The notes beneath the pieces are model-generated. The model saw nothing but the letters and a program-made list of their open reading frames with translations. It ran no database searches and was not told where the DNA came from. Positions 28,501-42,689 of a stretch of DNA of 64,000 nt are shown here, in pieces. Made by a program: the position numbers and the translations under genes. Source of the DNA: Parasitella parasitica NRRL 2501 (taxonomy: Eukaryota > Fungi > Mucoromycota); the NCBI GenBank assembly GCA_025201805.1, contig MU619326.1, positions 5,258 to 69,257 of the forward strand, read 5' to 3'. Position 1 is the first letter of the stretch, and every line of letters begins with the position of its first letter.

Positions 28501-31500
28501 GCCTAAAGAGGTCCATGCAACAGTTGGTCTTAAGGAGGGGTCAATATTGCGAAGCTCAACATCTAGATAGCGGACCAGGTCATCCATACACCAAGGAGTG
28601 GTTTGGATTGCTCTATCCATTGAACATACAGTTGGGCTCTTTAGTTCTGATGCCTTTCGCAAGATGTACAGCACAGATTCAATGAATTTCTTCCTCAATA
28701 TAGTACCAAGCCGACCTTCTGATCTATCAAATACAGCCTTTTGAAGAGCTCCATCCATAGACAAGGCGGCACCAAGATCAATAGTAACTGTCTTTTCAAT
28801 AAAGTAATCGCAAAGACTCTGTCTATAGCACTCGTAAATATGCTGCATCAGAGCATCACCATCGCATGGCCCAGTGACCCAAACATCTACCCAAATGTGA
28901 AAGTAGGTGGGACCAGCCTTGGCCTCTCTAAACTCTTCTTCAAGACATTGATGAATTATTTCGGGATTGAAGTTGGTACCACATTTTCCTTCTTCTGTTA
29001 CAGTCGAGATCGGAACACCGGATTCATCCAACAGAGTGATGCAAATGCCTGCTATGCCTTGACCCGCTAATAGTTCGAGAGGTGTGGAAGAGCCAGGTAA
29101 ACGCTTTGTACAGTTGTAATAAAAACAGAAGGCGCCAGGAGGAATATCTCGAGTAGTTTCACATTTGCTGTGCAGCAGAAAAAGTGAATTAATATCTCAT
29201 GCCACGAGTACATAGAAAACTGCTCACCTTCTCAATGCACGTTTAGTACCATCTTGAACGGCATCAGTCTCTCGAGTAAAAAAGATGTTGTCGCAGTAGT
29301 TTGAAATGATTCGTCGGACATAGGGCCCAGTCAAAGGACGAATGTTATCAGCCAGCAAGGATTGTTTAAAGTATTGCAAAAGCGTGTATGGACTATTGAC
29401 AAGGCTTGGCACACGTAACATTTCCCTGTGAGTGGGGGGTTTTGATGTTGGTAGAATAAAGTCTACATCCTATTCGAACAAAAGAATACAAATTACTAAC
29501 AGCTACTGATAGCCAAAGCAGATACTTACTGCAGGAGTTGGTTTAGATGTTGAGTTTCTTGCAAAGAATTGTTGCAACTCATTCAAGGTGATTTGAGAAA
29601 TCAGCCGATTCTCAATCAAATCAACAAACTCCTTTTCAACCCACGGTGGCAGCTCAATACCGTGCACTTCCAATACAAGCTCTCTTCTATCGCTAGTGAA
29701 CGCACGCGACCCACTGGACGTACGAGGATGAGGAGAAGTTGATGGATATCTTGATAACTCACGCTTAGGAGTAGGGGTGGCTGCAGCCGTTTCACTTGTA
29801 ATGAAGCCTACCAGTGTCTGTGCGTCATCTTCCACCTTTTTGCCTGAAGAAGTATGTGCAGGAGATCCATACATTGTGTTTGGAGATCCTCCTTCTGTTT
29901 CTGCATTTCCACTCAGACTTTCTTCATAAATCTTACAGTAAACAATAGATTTGTCTCTCTCAATGACAAACATGTTGGGCCGATTTACGACTGTAAAGAG
30001 ACGAAGCACGTCTGTTGTGAGAAACTTGAGAGCAACGGTCGGCTGTAAACGCCAATGCAAGGGAAATCGCTTTGTATAAATAACAGGACACGAGAATTGG
30101 CCAGGAAAAAACTTGCTGTCCTTATCTGCAGCATTATTATTGAATATATCTTGCGCCTCCTCGCTAGCACTGTCCCTCTCGGATTCATAATCTTCACTGG
30201 AACAGATGGTGTCAGATTCGTATTCGTTAGGCACTTGAAGGTATCGGCTGCAAATACGAGTATCTTGCAAACTACTCAGTAACGCCAATCGGTTGGTTCG
30301 TTCTTGAATAAGTCTAACCTTTTCTTTGACAGGATCAAGCAGATCAGATCCAGCATTTGGCATTTGCAACTTGGAATAAAAATAGATTTGAATGTAGCGT
30401 TCATAAGGAATCAATATCAGCCAATACAGAGGACGCTTGTCTAATGGAACGCTAGCTGTTCTATTCAAGTCATCTTGTTCTTTTGTCAAGCGATCATTAT
30501 CTACAGGTTTCGATATGCTGATGCCCAAGCCATTGCAAAACTCATCCACGACTGTTTGCGTAGGAGTAAAGTTATCGTCTTCAACAACAGTAGGAGGGGA
30601 AGGGGAGTGTTCTGTGACCACAGGAGAAGCAGTATTGGAATAAGAGGACTCTTCGCTCATATTGAACACAGAATCCTCGCAAACGTAAAAGTAATCACCA
30701 ACTCGCTTAATCTGATATTTGCCACACTTTTGACAACAGCTGTCCTTTTCCAGTTCATTCATGAAGATGATCCGACTTTCTGGATGGTTTTTCACGAATT
30801 CGAAAGGTATTCTGATAGATGTTCGATAATTATCAAATGGGCAAGGATTGGACAATTGGGTTTCTACGTATTTCAAAGTGGAAAGCGTGATGATGGGCGT
30901 TTTTAGCAAGCCATGAATTGTTTCTTCTTTCAAAAGCCAATTCACTCGAGCTTCTATCTCTGCCAAAGCCGCTTGTTGGTCCTGAGTAAGACAAGAGAAA
31001 CAGTCTGGCTGTGATTGCATCGACTGAATCAGAGGGCTGTAAACGCGTAAAAAAATCATTAGTACTGACAAATTAAATTAATATCACGTATAAAACGTAC
31101 TCTGGATTATAAGGAAACAAGTTGTCTGCATCAGCATGATCGTCCAAATCAGATGGAGGCATGTTGAGGCACACAATCTGTAGATAAACCTTTGTGTCAC
31201 TAGCCGTGAGTGGGAACGTGTCATGATGAATGCCATATTCATTTTGGAGGTTGAATTCCTTGCCATCGGCTGTATGGCCCCTGTATGACATTGGTAGTGA
31301 TGTTACAGGTACAACAATCTCTGTGTATGAGCAGCTGTTTATGTCGCCTTCATTCGACGACATGGTCTTGTAGGTGGCATTCAATCGAATCAATAGAGGT
31401 GCTCGAGAATAGGCAACGAGATCAACGAGAAACGATATCTTGTCGTCTTGAGGCGTTTTTTCTTGCCAAATGTCATTTTCATTGCTTCTCCTAAATGGAG

Positions 31501-34500
31501 GTTTATAGTAGAACAAGTTGGAAATGGATCCGTCTTTGGTGCGCACCAACTCAAAGTACTTATGGAAGATGGTATTGAACTTTTCTTGTATCTCATATTC
31601 TTGAGTGTCGCTACCAAGTTTTTGTCAGCTAAACAAGTAGAATGTATTCTGAGGGGATTCTACATACCTTTCTATCAGCTCGTGCTTCTGCATGCACATG
31701 GTGTTGACAAACTCTGTGATATCAACTTCCATTGTAGATTCATTGCAGACCTCCAAAGCCTTGCCTAAATCATCGTCATCCACCATAAAACCCCTCATCA
31801 AGCAAGTATAAAACGATTTCAAAAAGCTTCGGGAGTAAAATCTAGCAACATCTTGAGCAACGCGAAGAACTCTATCGGTAAGCTGAGCTTGTGGTTGACA
31901 GCAGCTATACTCTCCTTCGAACAATTCGGGACGTAACATGACACCCAACCCATCTGACTCATGAACAAGATAATCAATAGGGCGAATAGATATCTTGTCT
32001 GCGTCATGCAGTATGCTTTCGATTCTGCTGCGATTGTTCTCCTTTAGTGATCCCGAAAAATGCGTTTCATTCTTGGTGGGATTCATTGGCTTTTGCCGAA
32101 CACATTCAAACATAAAAACATCCAAAAATCGACAGCGTTCCACAGTGGATATCGATTGTGATTCATTGTCGACTTGCAGTTTGAGTAAGCCGCTGGACAC
32201 CGATTCTAGGCTTGGAAAAAGAACCACCACAAACGATCTAGGGTCAAACACTTTTACGAAACATCTGGTTTTTCGGAGATCAGGAATGAGGCCTGTGCTT
32301 GACATTTTGTCGCTTTTTGTCACTGACTGAAGCGCACTGTGAAGATCCTGCCAAAATGCAGCACCTACATCGTGATGGGACATTACAATCTCGCCATTGG
32401 AAATGTATTCCAGTGATTGCTCCACAAAATAATGCAGCAAAGCATAGTTTTGCAAAACATCGTCTAGCTTGGTTATCACATCTTTGTTCTTGTTCAGCAG
32501 CAAATCAGGCCTGAAACTAAACAGATTTTGGTTGCTTTCAATGACAGGCGTTGTATTAATCAAATTGGAGCCATTGGAAATAACAGAACTCGCATCGGTT
32601 GGAATGGATACATTGACATGACGGCGTAGGTAGCGATGTGCTTTTCCTATTACTTTGGGGGTTCTAATGAGTGGAGTGGTGCTGCCCGAATGGTCGCTGA
32701 AATCTTGTTGCTGGTGATCTGTATCATAGTGCGTGGTCAGTGTCTTTTTGAGTTCCTTCTGTCGAGAGCACGGAAGCAGCACCATTTTATATTGAGGCGC
32801 TTGGAAAGAAGCAACGATAAACTTGTTTGATCTCAAGACTGACGCAACATCAAATAGCTGTGGAAGGAGCATGACGGCGGTGTCGTCTGCTGGCATATCT
32901 GTCGTTGTATGAGAGTTGCCTTTCTTCTTGCCCTTAAAATCGCCAATGCCCTTTGATTTTCCAATCGCATGAATCTGGTCAAATGTCACCAGTTGCGACA
33001 TTGTTTTTCGATCAGGCTCAAATGTCCAGCGTTTCACCAGATCATACTGATCAAAATCAAAGCTTCCACTGGGCTCCATCCACAATTCAGTAGTGATTTT
33101 TCCATTGGCCGAATCTTTCCATACGAAATATTGGATAGCGCAAAGTGTCAACTCTGTTCCTTCACAACTAGGCAAAGTGATTTCTTGGTAAAACTGCGTG
33201 CTATCTGGTCGAGGCGACACCAATTGGTAGCCCTACATGCAGCACTGTTAGATTAGCCATTTACAAGTGGCATGTACACAAACCTGATCGAGCCTTGCCT
33301 GGCACAAGAATTGGAATGCTAAATCATGGATAGGCATCATCTTGTTTTCTCTATGATAAGCGTCTTGGTAGTTGTCGGTTTGCCATGTCCACGTCATGTG
33401 CTTAAGATAGTCCCGAACAATATATTCACTAGTCAACCACATGGCCACGGGCAAATACCATGCTTTTACCCTACTTTGGTTTTGGGTCAAATTTCCTGGT
33501 GGTTTTTTAACAGCAGAATCACCTCCTTCAGCCGCCGGTGCAGCATCTGGGTCCTCAAAATGCTTAGGATCTCGCATCAGTAACCGAGAAAAGGGCCGCT
33601 CACAAACCATGTTGCAGGTCGCCTTGGTGTCTTGATTCGTTTTGAGCAAACGGACCAAATTTTGAATGACTCTTTTTCTTGTGATTACTTGAACATTGAA
33701 GAATAGCAAGCGAAGGGTGATGAGTCGTCCATATTCATGGCGCACTCGCAGCTCGCAGAATGAAGGCGGGTACACTTGTGGGGCTGCAAAGTAGTCTTTT
33801 TGTGTGTCGTCCGGGTTTGCAAGAGGACTGGCTATGAGCTTATGCATCATCTTTACAAATGTGCCATCTTGCGCTTTAAAGTCTGACCATTCTTGCATCA
33901 GTGATTTTACGCTATCTACCATTATCAAGATGTCATCTTCGACATTAGATACAAATTCTTGATTATAGGACGAAGATAATTTGGGAGCCATATAAGGCGA
34001 CACATCGCCCACAAGCAGGTCAATGCAGCCCGGATCATACCAGCATCTAGTCCTTGCTCTCACGTCTGAAGTGTTGATGCGCTCCCACAAAGCCTTGAAC
34101 GAGTCGATAAAGGCAACATGTTGCTGCTCGGCTGTTGGTTTTAATCCGCTAGTTGCCTCAGGTGGGTGAGAATTAAACGACGACGCGTTGGAGCAAGACT
34201 CACCATTGCTGAAGTTACAGACATTCATCCAGTATTTACCTGGAAATGCAATAACAGTCTTGAGCACTTCATCGCCCTCGAATATGTCGATCAAATAAGC
34301 CTTGAGTTTCTCAATTTTTGAGTAGACAGGAGCGGCATACGTTTCTCCAAAGTAGATGGAGCCAGTAACAACACCCATCATCTGTGCTCTGCGTCTGAAC
34401 ATGTCCCAATTTTGCAACATGTGTGCAAAGCTAGCATCTGTGCGCACAAATATCTCAGCTCTAGGTGCTTTGCCTCGCGAAAAGATGCCGCTCGACATAA

Positions 34501-36675
34501 GGATATCCTCGCTCCTGTATGTATTCGATGCACTTCCAATGATGGAGGGCAGCCAGGTAGCTCTAATTCGGTATTCAATCGATACATTGGGCTGCCATCG
34601 CATAATCATGACAATTTGAATGCGTTCTTTTCTTACGGCTGTAAAATCGGGAGCTTCAATATCGTGGATGCCCGAGTCGTCGTGTTTGGATCCATTGCCA
34701 TCATCAAAGGACACGGATTGAAGCGTAAATCCTTCGCGAGCCCTTGCGGCAACAATATGAGAGAATTCAGATGGCAGAGTATATTCACGGTATTTCAGCA
34801 AGCGCCATTCATCCCCTGGGGGTCTTGCATGAGGGTCCCATGGAAAATTGAACCGTTCTCTCGCCAATTCATTATTCAGCCCCATAAGGCTAGTTTCTCT
34901 TCTATTTAACTGTGCCCCCGAGTCTTTTTCTGCCTGCAGTCTCGCCTCTGAGTGATGATATCGTGTAAGAATAGTTTCGCGAAACAAGAATTGTATATGA
35001 AAGGTGTTGGGTGTTTGGATATGCTTGGCTTTGTTGATATCAATGAACTGAACAACGGGGTACGACTTGGTGGTGGTGGTGGTAGTGTTTGTGGCAGCTG
35101 TCGGCGTAGGCATAGTGGAGGTTCCCTCATCGTGGTACATGAATATGTTTGCATGGGATTTAGTCAAACATTTCTCAGAGTACATAAATGTGCCGCCTGT
35201 TGCACGAGCGAGAAACTGAAGAATCTCTGTGTCAGGCACAAACCCGAAATTGCGACCTGGAATAAAACTGCTCGTGTATCCAATTTGTATAACATGGCAT
35301 GTAATGTCTTCCTCTGCAAATTGACGCACAAATGTGTTGTCATGCACGTTGGATTTCATGGCACCGTCTGTCACCAAAATAAGCTGCGCACGGCCGTTTC
35401 TTGGCAACAGATTCAATGCAAAATGCCCTGCATGCAGGATTCGCGAAAGATTGGCGCCTGATTTCCCAATACCCCACACCTCCTTTTTCGCAGTTGATGA
35501 ATAAAACGACGTATCTTTGAGTTTTGGTGCTGCCAAATCTACTTGGGACGCTGATTTCTGCAAAAACGGCTTTTCTTCGTATGGTTTGTGGCCTGAAACA
35601 GGTGCCGAATCTGCTGAGAATCCCTCTTGTCTTTTGGCTGAAAATGACGTTGTGGCATCGAGTACACCAACGCTACCTGGGGGCGCTACTCCATTGCCAA
35701 CATCGAGGTTGTACCCTTTGTTGGATTGATTTTTCTTCATAGTTTTTCGAAATTGTACTGTATCTTCTTGGAAATCTAGAAACTCGGCTCGCAGCTTTCG
35801 AATGATGGCTTGTATATTATTGGCTGTGATGACAACATTCTGCATAAACACCCTCATCGTAGGGTGCTCCACTAGCATGGGTATAACATTAATATTAGAT
35901 GCAAACTGAGAGCAATCAGCCATGACTGTAAGACGTAGATGCGGTTGAACGACAACCTTCTCTGTTGGTGACACTTGCATCGAAAATGGTTGCACTAAAC
36001 CTTGCAGTGAATTGGCAAGTGTCTGGAATACTTCGTTTAGTAATATGTCTGCCCGAGTATTTCCTACTGTCGCTAAGCTTGAGCTGAGATCGATGATATA
36101 TACAAGACGGTTCTCCTGGCTGAGCGTCATGATGCTGGTTTTTGGAGTAATTACGTACGGTTGCTCCTTGTGTCGATGAGCAACCTCAGTTCTCGAAGGA
36201 TCTACAGACATCTACTTGTTTTAGTCATTTGTTACGCACAAACACACACGATCAAACCTTGTTTCACTGAGAAATCCGATGCCCAAATCTTTCTTCTGCT
36301 TCTTGACAAATACAAGACATTGAGAGACTGGAGTGTTTTGATTAGTAAATGCAATACTGCTAGATCAGTACATTTTTGCATTACCTCTGCATCTTTTCGT
36401 GAGCAAGGCTGATAAAGCATTTTGAGCAGCCATTGCGTATATTCGTTCTTTGTGCATAGTCGTGAATTCTTCAGCAGTATAACGGCCGTTTTTGCCTCAA
36501 TGAGCTACAAATTTTATTTCGACTTGTCAACACAAATATATGTCCGTCTGCTGATTTTTCTCGCTCTCCATACCTTTTGGTTCTCTGTCTGATGTGGGGA
36601 TTCATCTCGGCTCTCTTCTGTGATCAATGCTGATTTCTCCGAGTTTGATGCTTTGTCAGGTAGATTATTAGACAT
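25583..36675 (-). CDS. SZT2: SZT2-like protein (KICSTOR scaffold homologue), ~3,500 aa, multi-exon
   Basis: Spliced model starts MSNNLPDK (ATG 36675). Contains IEAKTAVILLKNSR..QWLL, vWA-like YIIDLSSS and LILVTDG, FGFVPDTEILQFLARATGG, REYTL..VAARAREGF..MRWQPNVSIEY, LCQARLDQGY, GQFSCPVIYTKRFPLHWRL, LFTVVNRPNMFV, HFCRTPL, all resembling blocks I recall from metazoan SZT2. ORFs join through canonical ~55 nt introns. Confidence 0.82.
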
Positions 36676-36963
36676 TTGAATGAAATGCGTTTTGACAAAA
36701 GAAGCAAACTTTTTTTTTTTCTATTTTTTTTTTTTTTTTTTTTGAAGTTAAATTCGGTCGCACTGACTTGTTGACTAGGAATGAACTGAATCATCGTTTC
36801 GCTCTTGTCATTAAGGTTGATATTGCACAAGCAGCAAGTGCGCATGGCATGCCCGCACACCACGTGATGAGACTGTTGTGTTTGTTTATGTGTCTTCGTC
36901 TACGGGCATATTGCTGAAGGCCAAGGGATTCTTACGAAACATTTATCTCCTGCAGAATATTTA

Positions 36964-39900
36964 ATGTCAAGTCAAAATAAGATACCCAAAAATGTGAGTA
37001 TCTCGAGGAAGACTATACATTATACCACTGTGTTATACACTCTTTGCTGATATTTTTTTAAAAAATAAAAAAAAGACATTTGTACTGCCAACATCTACGG
37101 ATAGTACTTTGATGCCGTTCTGGACTATGGAGCAGCAGAATTTGTACTTTATGCTTCAGAAATCGCAAGAGCCAGGGAATACCATATTCAAAAACGTGTT
37201 CAGTACAATCAAAAGCTTGTAAGTAGTCATCTGCGTATGCTTAAACAAGCAACTTCTCACACTAAATCCAGATTTGATGCGAAGCAGCCACCCTTTCGCA
37301 TTCTATTTCAACGAGAACCCAATGCGACATGTCTGCAGATTGCTATTTCTGACTCAGAAGAGCTTATCGAGGCTGCTTGGAAATGGCTCAGCGGCAACAT
37401 GGTACCAGAGCTAGAAGAAATCTCGAGCCCATTTGCAAAAGAAGAATGGGTGGTAAAGAAAGTGAACCAAATAGTATCTACCACAATTGCAGGTATACAA
37501 AGGCTGTCTATGTGTTGAAAAGAATGACATAGTTATAACCAATGACCGTTCCTAGATAGCGATACAGATGATTTATTGCATGACGACGAGATCCGTAACG
37601 CATCCAGAACGTTTAGACAAACATTCAATGTCTCTTCGTCTGAACGCCTTGTGAATTGTGAGTATCAACAAATCCTCATTATGATGTAATCACTAAAGCA
37701 TAGAAACAAGATTACTCTTGCTCCTGCAATAGTAGACAGGGATGGATGTATATATCCGAGAATTATCTTGGATTCTACTCGTATTTGATAGGATTTGAAT
37801 TGAAAGTGTTGATTGAACTCAAGGACATCAAAGATATCATCAAGGAACCAATAAGAAAACTGTTTAGACACAGCATGCGCATTTTCACTAAAGACAATCA
37901 AGAGGTAACTATTGCGGTAAATGTTCAAAGTTGCAGATGCTAACAAGCACAGTATCTATTCGCCAACATGTTCAAGCGTGACGAAGTATATGATTTATTG
38001 GTACAGTTGACTGGTGATTCAGTTCATCGTTTACTGAAAAACTCACATTCCAGTGCGCTCAAAAGCCCATCTTTCGAACAATTGACAGTAAATGATAAAT
38101 TAAACGCTAATACCAATCGTGAATACCCTGAAGCAACATCCCTACCATCCAATAACCCGCTTAAATATGTATTGGAGCACCGTAAACGAAATGAAAACTT
38201 TCGTCATCTCTTCAGATTATGCGAACAAGAAGAGTTAATCGATACCATCAATGTGTGCTACATGTTTGATTTAGAGCCTTCATCTTTCCCTGAAACACTG
38301 GGGAAAAATAGATATCCTGGAAGATTATATCAATCGCAAAACTTCTTAGCATTTGAGTCTTTTGATAAAATCTCTACAAACAAACATGATAGGCCTCTAT
38401 GTACATTCGTCCTTCCACTCTATACCATTACTCGCTTTGAAAGAATCAACAACAATACGTATAGATCAACTTTATTATTCAAAACTTGGCATAAAATGAC
38501 GCATGTACTCAAAGTAGAAGCTGAAAAAACTGCCTGTGAGCAATTTTGCGATACTCTCAAGAAAGGGCTTGAAGCCAACGTGTGTCAAATGAAGAGCTCG
38601 CTGCGGTCGTTTTTAATGACATGCAAATCAGAAGAACTTCTTGATGATCTTGTCCGTCTAAAGGGTACTGTTGGTGGTCTGGGTTTGCAGTACGGTTACC
38701 ATAGTGATGTGACAGAAGTAAAGGATCATAAAAAGTTAAATATCTGGAAAAATTACTTTAATGGTAAGTGAGACAAATTCGATCGGATACAGCATTAATA
38801 TAATTACATTATTGTGTGTGCAGAAAATGGCAGAAATCTGACAATGGTACGCCTTCCTATATTTACGAAAATGATTCGAATTGGTATACCCAATTGTTTA
38901 CGAGGCGAGGTATACGAAATGTGCTCTGGCTCCATCTACCTTCGCTTCGCAAACCAAGGCATCTATGACCAGATATTGGAAACCCACAAAGACGATCAAT
39001 CACCTGCTTTGTATGACATTGAGAAGGATTTGCATAGATCTCTTCCTGAATATTCAGCTTACCAATCTCCAGATGGAATCGACCGTCTTCGCAGAGTGTT
39101 AACAGCATATTCTTGGAAAAATCCGGAAATTGGCTATTGCCAGGCTATGAACATTGTCGCTTCCTCTTTGTTAATGTAAGTAACCGTAGTTCGCTTTACA
39201 CAATTCCTAACTGTCTCTTAGTTATATGACAGAAGAGCAAGCATTCTGGACATTAAATTCATTAGTGGATCAGCTTTGTCCTGGTTATTATAGGTAAGCG
39301 ATCGCCTTGTCTACATCCGCTATTAAGTCAATCTAATCTCCCATTTTGCAGCTCATCCATGTATGGTATTCTTCTAGATCAGGTTGTATTAGAAGAGCTT
39401 GTCAAGGAATACATTCCAAAGATTACTGAACATTTCCAAAAAAAAGAAATTCAGTTGTCTGTGGCCTGTCTTCCGTGGTTTTTGACATTGTTCATCAATT
39501 CTATGCCACTACCTTTTGCTTTTCGCATCTTGGATTGCTTTTTCATGGAGGGGCCTAAAGTATTGTTCCAAATTGCTCTTTCCATTCTCAAAAGAAATGA
39601 GGTAGAACTAGTCAAGATCGAAGATGACTCTGAATTGCTGGTTGTCGTGAAAACTTTCTTTGCATCCCTAAATCTACCCGTCGATGATGCTACCAAGGAA
39701 CAAGATAACGCAAACAAGTTAGAGATATTCAATAGCTTGATGAAATCTGCTTATTCTGATTTTCCAAGTGTTATTTCCTACAAGGTTAATCAGCTTCGAA
39801 AGCAAAATGAGCTCAAGATCATTGGAGGTGTCGAATCGTTTACCAAGCGCAACGCTTTAAGAAATGTCAAGAATAACGCAAACTTTGGACCTGAAGAAAT

Positions 39901-40975
39901 CTCGCTTATTTACGATTACTTTTTCGGTGCTTTGTACTATGCCAAAAATCATCAAGACAAGTCTTCCGTGCCTGAAATGGATATGACTGCATTCAGGAGA
40001 ATGATGGTGGCTATGACTACCTGGGCCAATTTGAATGACAATAGTAGCGCCGCAACCAACAACGAAGATCTAACCGTCGTCAAGCAAGTGCTGGAAGCAT
40101 TTATTCAAAGATTATTTACCTACTTTCGACACGACACGAAAGCAGGAGTCACCCTGCAAGATACTATCAGCAAATTAGGCGAAATACTACGTGGGGCATG
40201 TCATAATTCACTGGTTGAGTAATACTGAATGCTAACGAGTTCATTATAGGATATCATGTCGAAAACCGCCTTTTATTTTGCTCTATACGATGAAGACGAA
40301 GATGGCGAATTGGACAATGCCGATTTACACACCATGTCAACTGAATTGTTTTTATTGATGAATTTACTTGAACCTGAATTTGATCAGTGGGATACTGTCT
40401 GTAGCTTTATCACGCTAAGTGCGGAACAGACAAACGGCCATGATATAGTTGATAAATTGCACGAGGATTTGCGAGCTGAACCTGATGAAGAAAAACAGAA
40501 TGATAGGTCATCAATTCAACCTTTGAATTGCAAGTATTTTGTTGATCATATCAACAAGATACATAATGTGCTTATAAATCCTCAGGCTCCTACCATCAAG
40601 ATTACACTGCCTTCATTGCGTATGGTCATCCTTACCGAAGATCGGCTGGACCGGCTTATTCAAACTGATATACCACAAAGTTTTAAGCTACAGAGGGCTC
40701 TGGTTGAAAGGCAAAAAGGATTAGGGCATGAAATTTTCGAAGCACTTTTCGTTGAGGGTAAAAAGCTGGCAAATAATATGGCTGCTTCCAATACGCATGC
40801 TAAAACCGCTGCTGATCCATCTCCATCAGTTTCTTCAGAAAGACGCTCTTTATCCGGTCTATCTTCTCCTGCTATTCCAGCTAGATCTCCATCTGGACGC
40901 AGCACCACTCTGAAGTCATCAAAGTCCAGCGTTGCTGATGGTAACTCTGAAGAAGAAGAGTTCGAATTGGTTTAA
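36964..40975 (+). CDS. GRAM-TBC-EF-hand Rab GTPase-activating protein (Mdr1/Gyp2, TBC1D8/9-like)
   Basis: Two GRAM-like segments ([18 protein letters not shown]; [14 protein letters not shown]), TBC motifs [35 protein letters not shown], and an EF-hand-like [10 protein letters not shown]. Confidence 0.92.
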
Positions 40976-42689
40976 ATTCCATTATTTACTCTCATTAATC
41001 AATAAATAAATCAAAAAATAATTTCATTTCGACAATTTTCAAGCATCTGTCTTAAAGTTAGATACTCGAGTCGCAACGATACTCTTTTTTTTACGTATTT
41101 TATGAATTGTGGAACTCGTGCAATGCAGGTGCATAGAGAATTTTTGTGCTTTTTGCATAAATTTTACGGCTGTGCAATGCTCTGAAAAATAGAATTACGC
41201 ATAATTGACAATTACAAAAATCCAATTGCCCTTTTATTAAGCTTTCGTTCATATCTACTAGCTAATTGACACGACTAAATTACCCTTATGCTAAAATGAC
41301 ATGTGAAAGGCCAAATTAGTGAAATACTTGACATAAATCCATTGTAAAAGCAATAATTGCGTCTTTGTTTAAAAAAAAGAAAATTACTCTCATGTTTTCT
41401 AAATAAAAAGAACATACTCAAAATACAGCTCCTGGTCCACCGTCAGATCAGCAATGTTAATAAAAATTCAAATTCACGTAATATCAGAACGGTTTAATTG
41501 TTTTCTTATCAGGGTGTATTCTTGGCTAGAAACCCAAATCTGCACCCTGAAGGTTAACTCAAAGTTGAAAACTGGGAATCGAGTTTTAATGATCTGCTAT
41601 AATTATGAATAGGAGATGATGACAATGCACTTCAATTGAAGATTGAAGATTGTCCAGTGATGTGATGTTTTTCGCTTATGTAAACTGGAGAATAAAGTCT
41701 GTGTTTCATATCAGGAAGGTTATTCCTGTAACACAGATCTGTGCACCAAGATAAAGGTTACAGCACTGTAAGATCTAAGACGTGTAGCCCTTGTTATAGA
41801 ACCATACATCGTACCCCGTCTGGTTACTGGGAATTGGTCTTTTCAATTAGTAATATAAATGATTCACTATAAATTTATGTAGCTGTAAAGTGTATAGATA
41901 GCATATGCAATTTCGATCTCAAATAAAGTACCATAAAATTTTCGTATCTTGTTAAGCTCTGGCAAAGCAAAACCTGAAAAATAGTCGTAGGCGCATGAGA
42001 CTCAGATATGTTAAATAATGGTGTAAAAGAAAGAAAAAATTGACTAAAGGTTGTGTGTCTATCGCCTAAAAATTTACAGACATATTGGTACTTGCTATAG
42101 GTCCATATGGTATAAGTAGCAAAATTTGATTTTTTCGGCATCACCTGCACAACAAAGATACATATCGAGAAGCGGAAAACGTAGTGAGGTACAGTGGTTA
42201 TCGTACTAGTATCAGGATGTATATCCTCCCCAAATCCGGACACAAGAATGAGCTTGAAGGCTGACCCAAAAAGTCGAAAAATGAGGGTAAATTTTAACTC
42301 AAATGTGTTGTGAAAGGGCTCAAAACAAGTAAATTTTGGCTGAAAGTTGTATGTCTATCGCTTAATAGTTTGCCAAGATACAAACGTTCAGGTTATGCTT
42401 CTGGATAGCTCAGTGTGTAGTGTCTTTTCTATATTTTTGCGTTTAAGGGGCATAAAACGTATTGATTCAAAAGCACACTTTTGGTTTATTTAATACTTTT
42501 GGCTTTTCGACACAACACTATGTGTGTAACGCAGGCGCAATGAATGGCGGCCATTGGGTTGACACCAATAGTGATTTAAACTGATGGTGTAATTCAGCAT
42601 TCTGAGCTTTGTTACACAAAAGCCGACCTTTGCCTCGCCTCTTTTTCCTTTTTGTCGTTTGAACACCCTCAAAAAAAGTTGAACACCTA

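Noticed and set aside
26027-35742. Many plus-strand and alternate-frame ORFs of 60-170 aa over the SZT2-like gene
   Set aside because: Antisense or out-of-frame shadows of long coding exons with no motifs; the same applies to those over SPT5, the RabGAP, BDF1 and GCN5.
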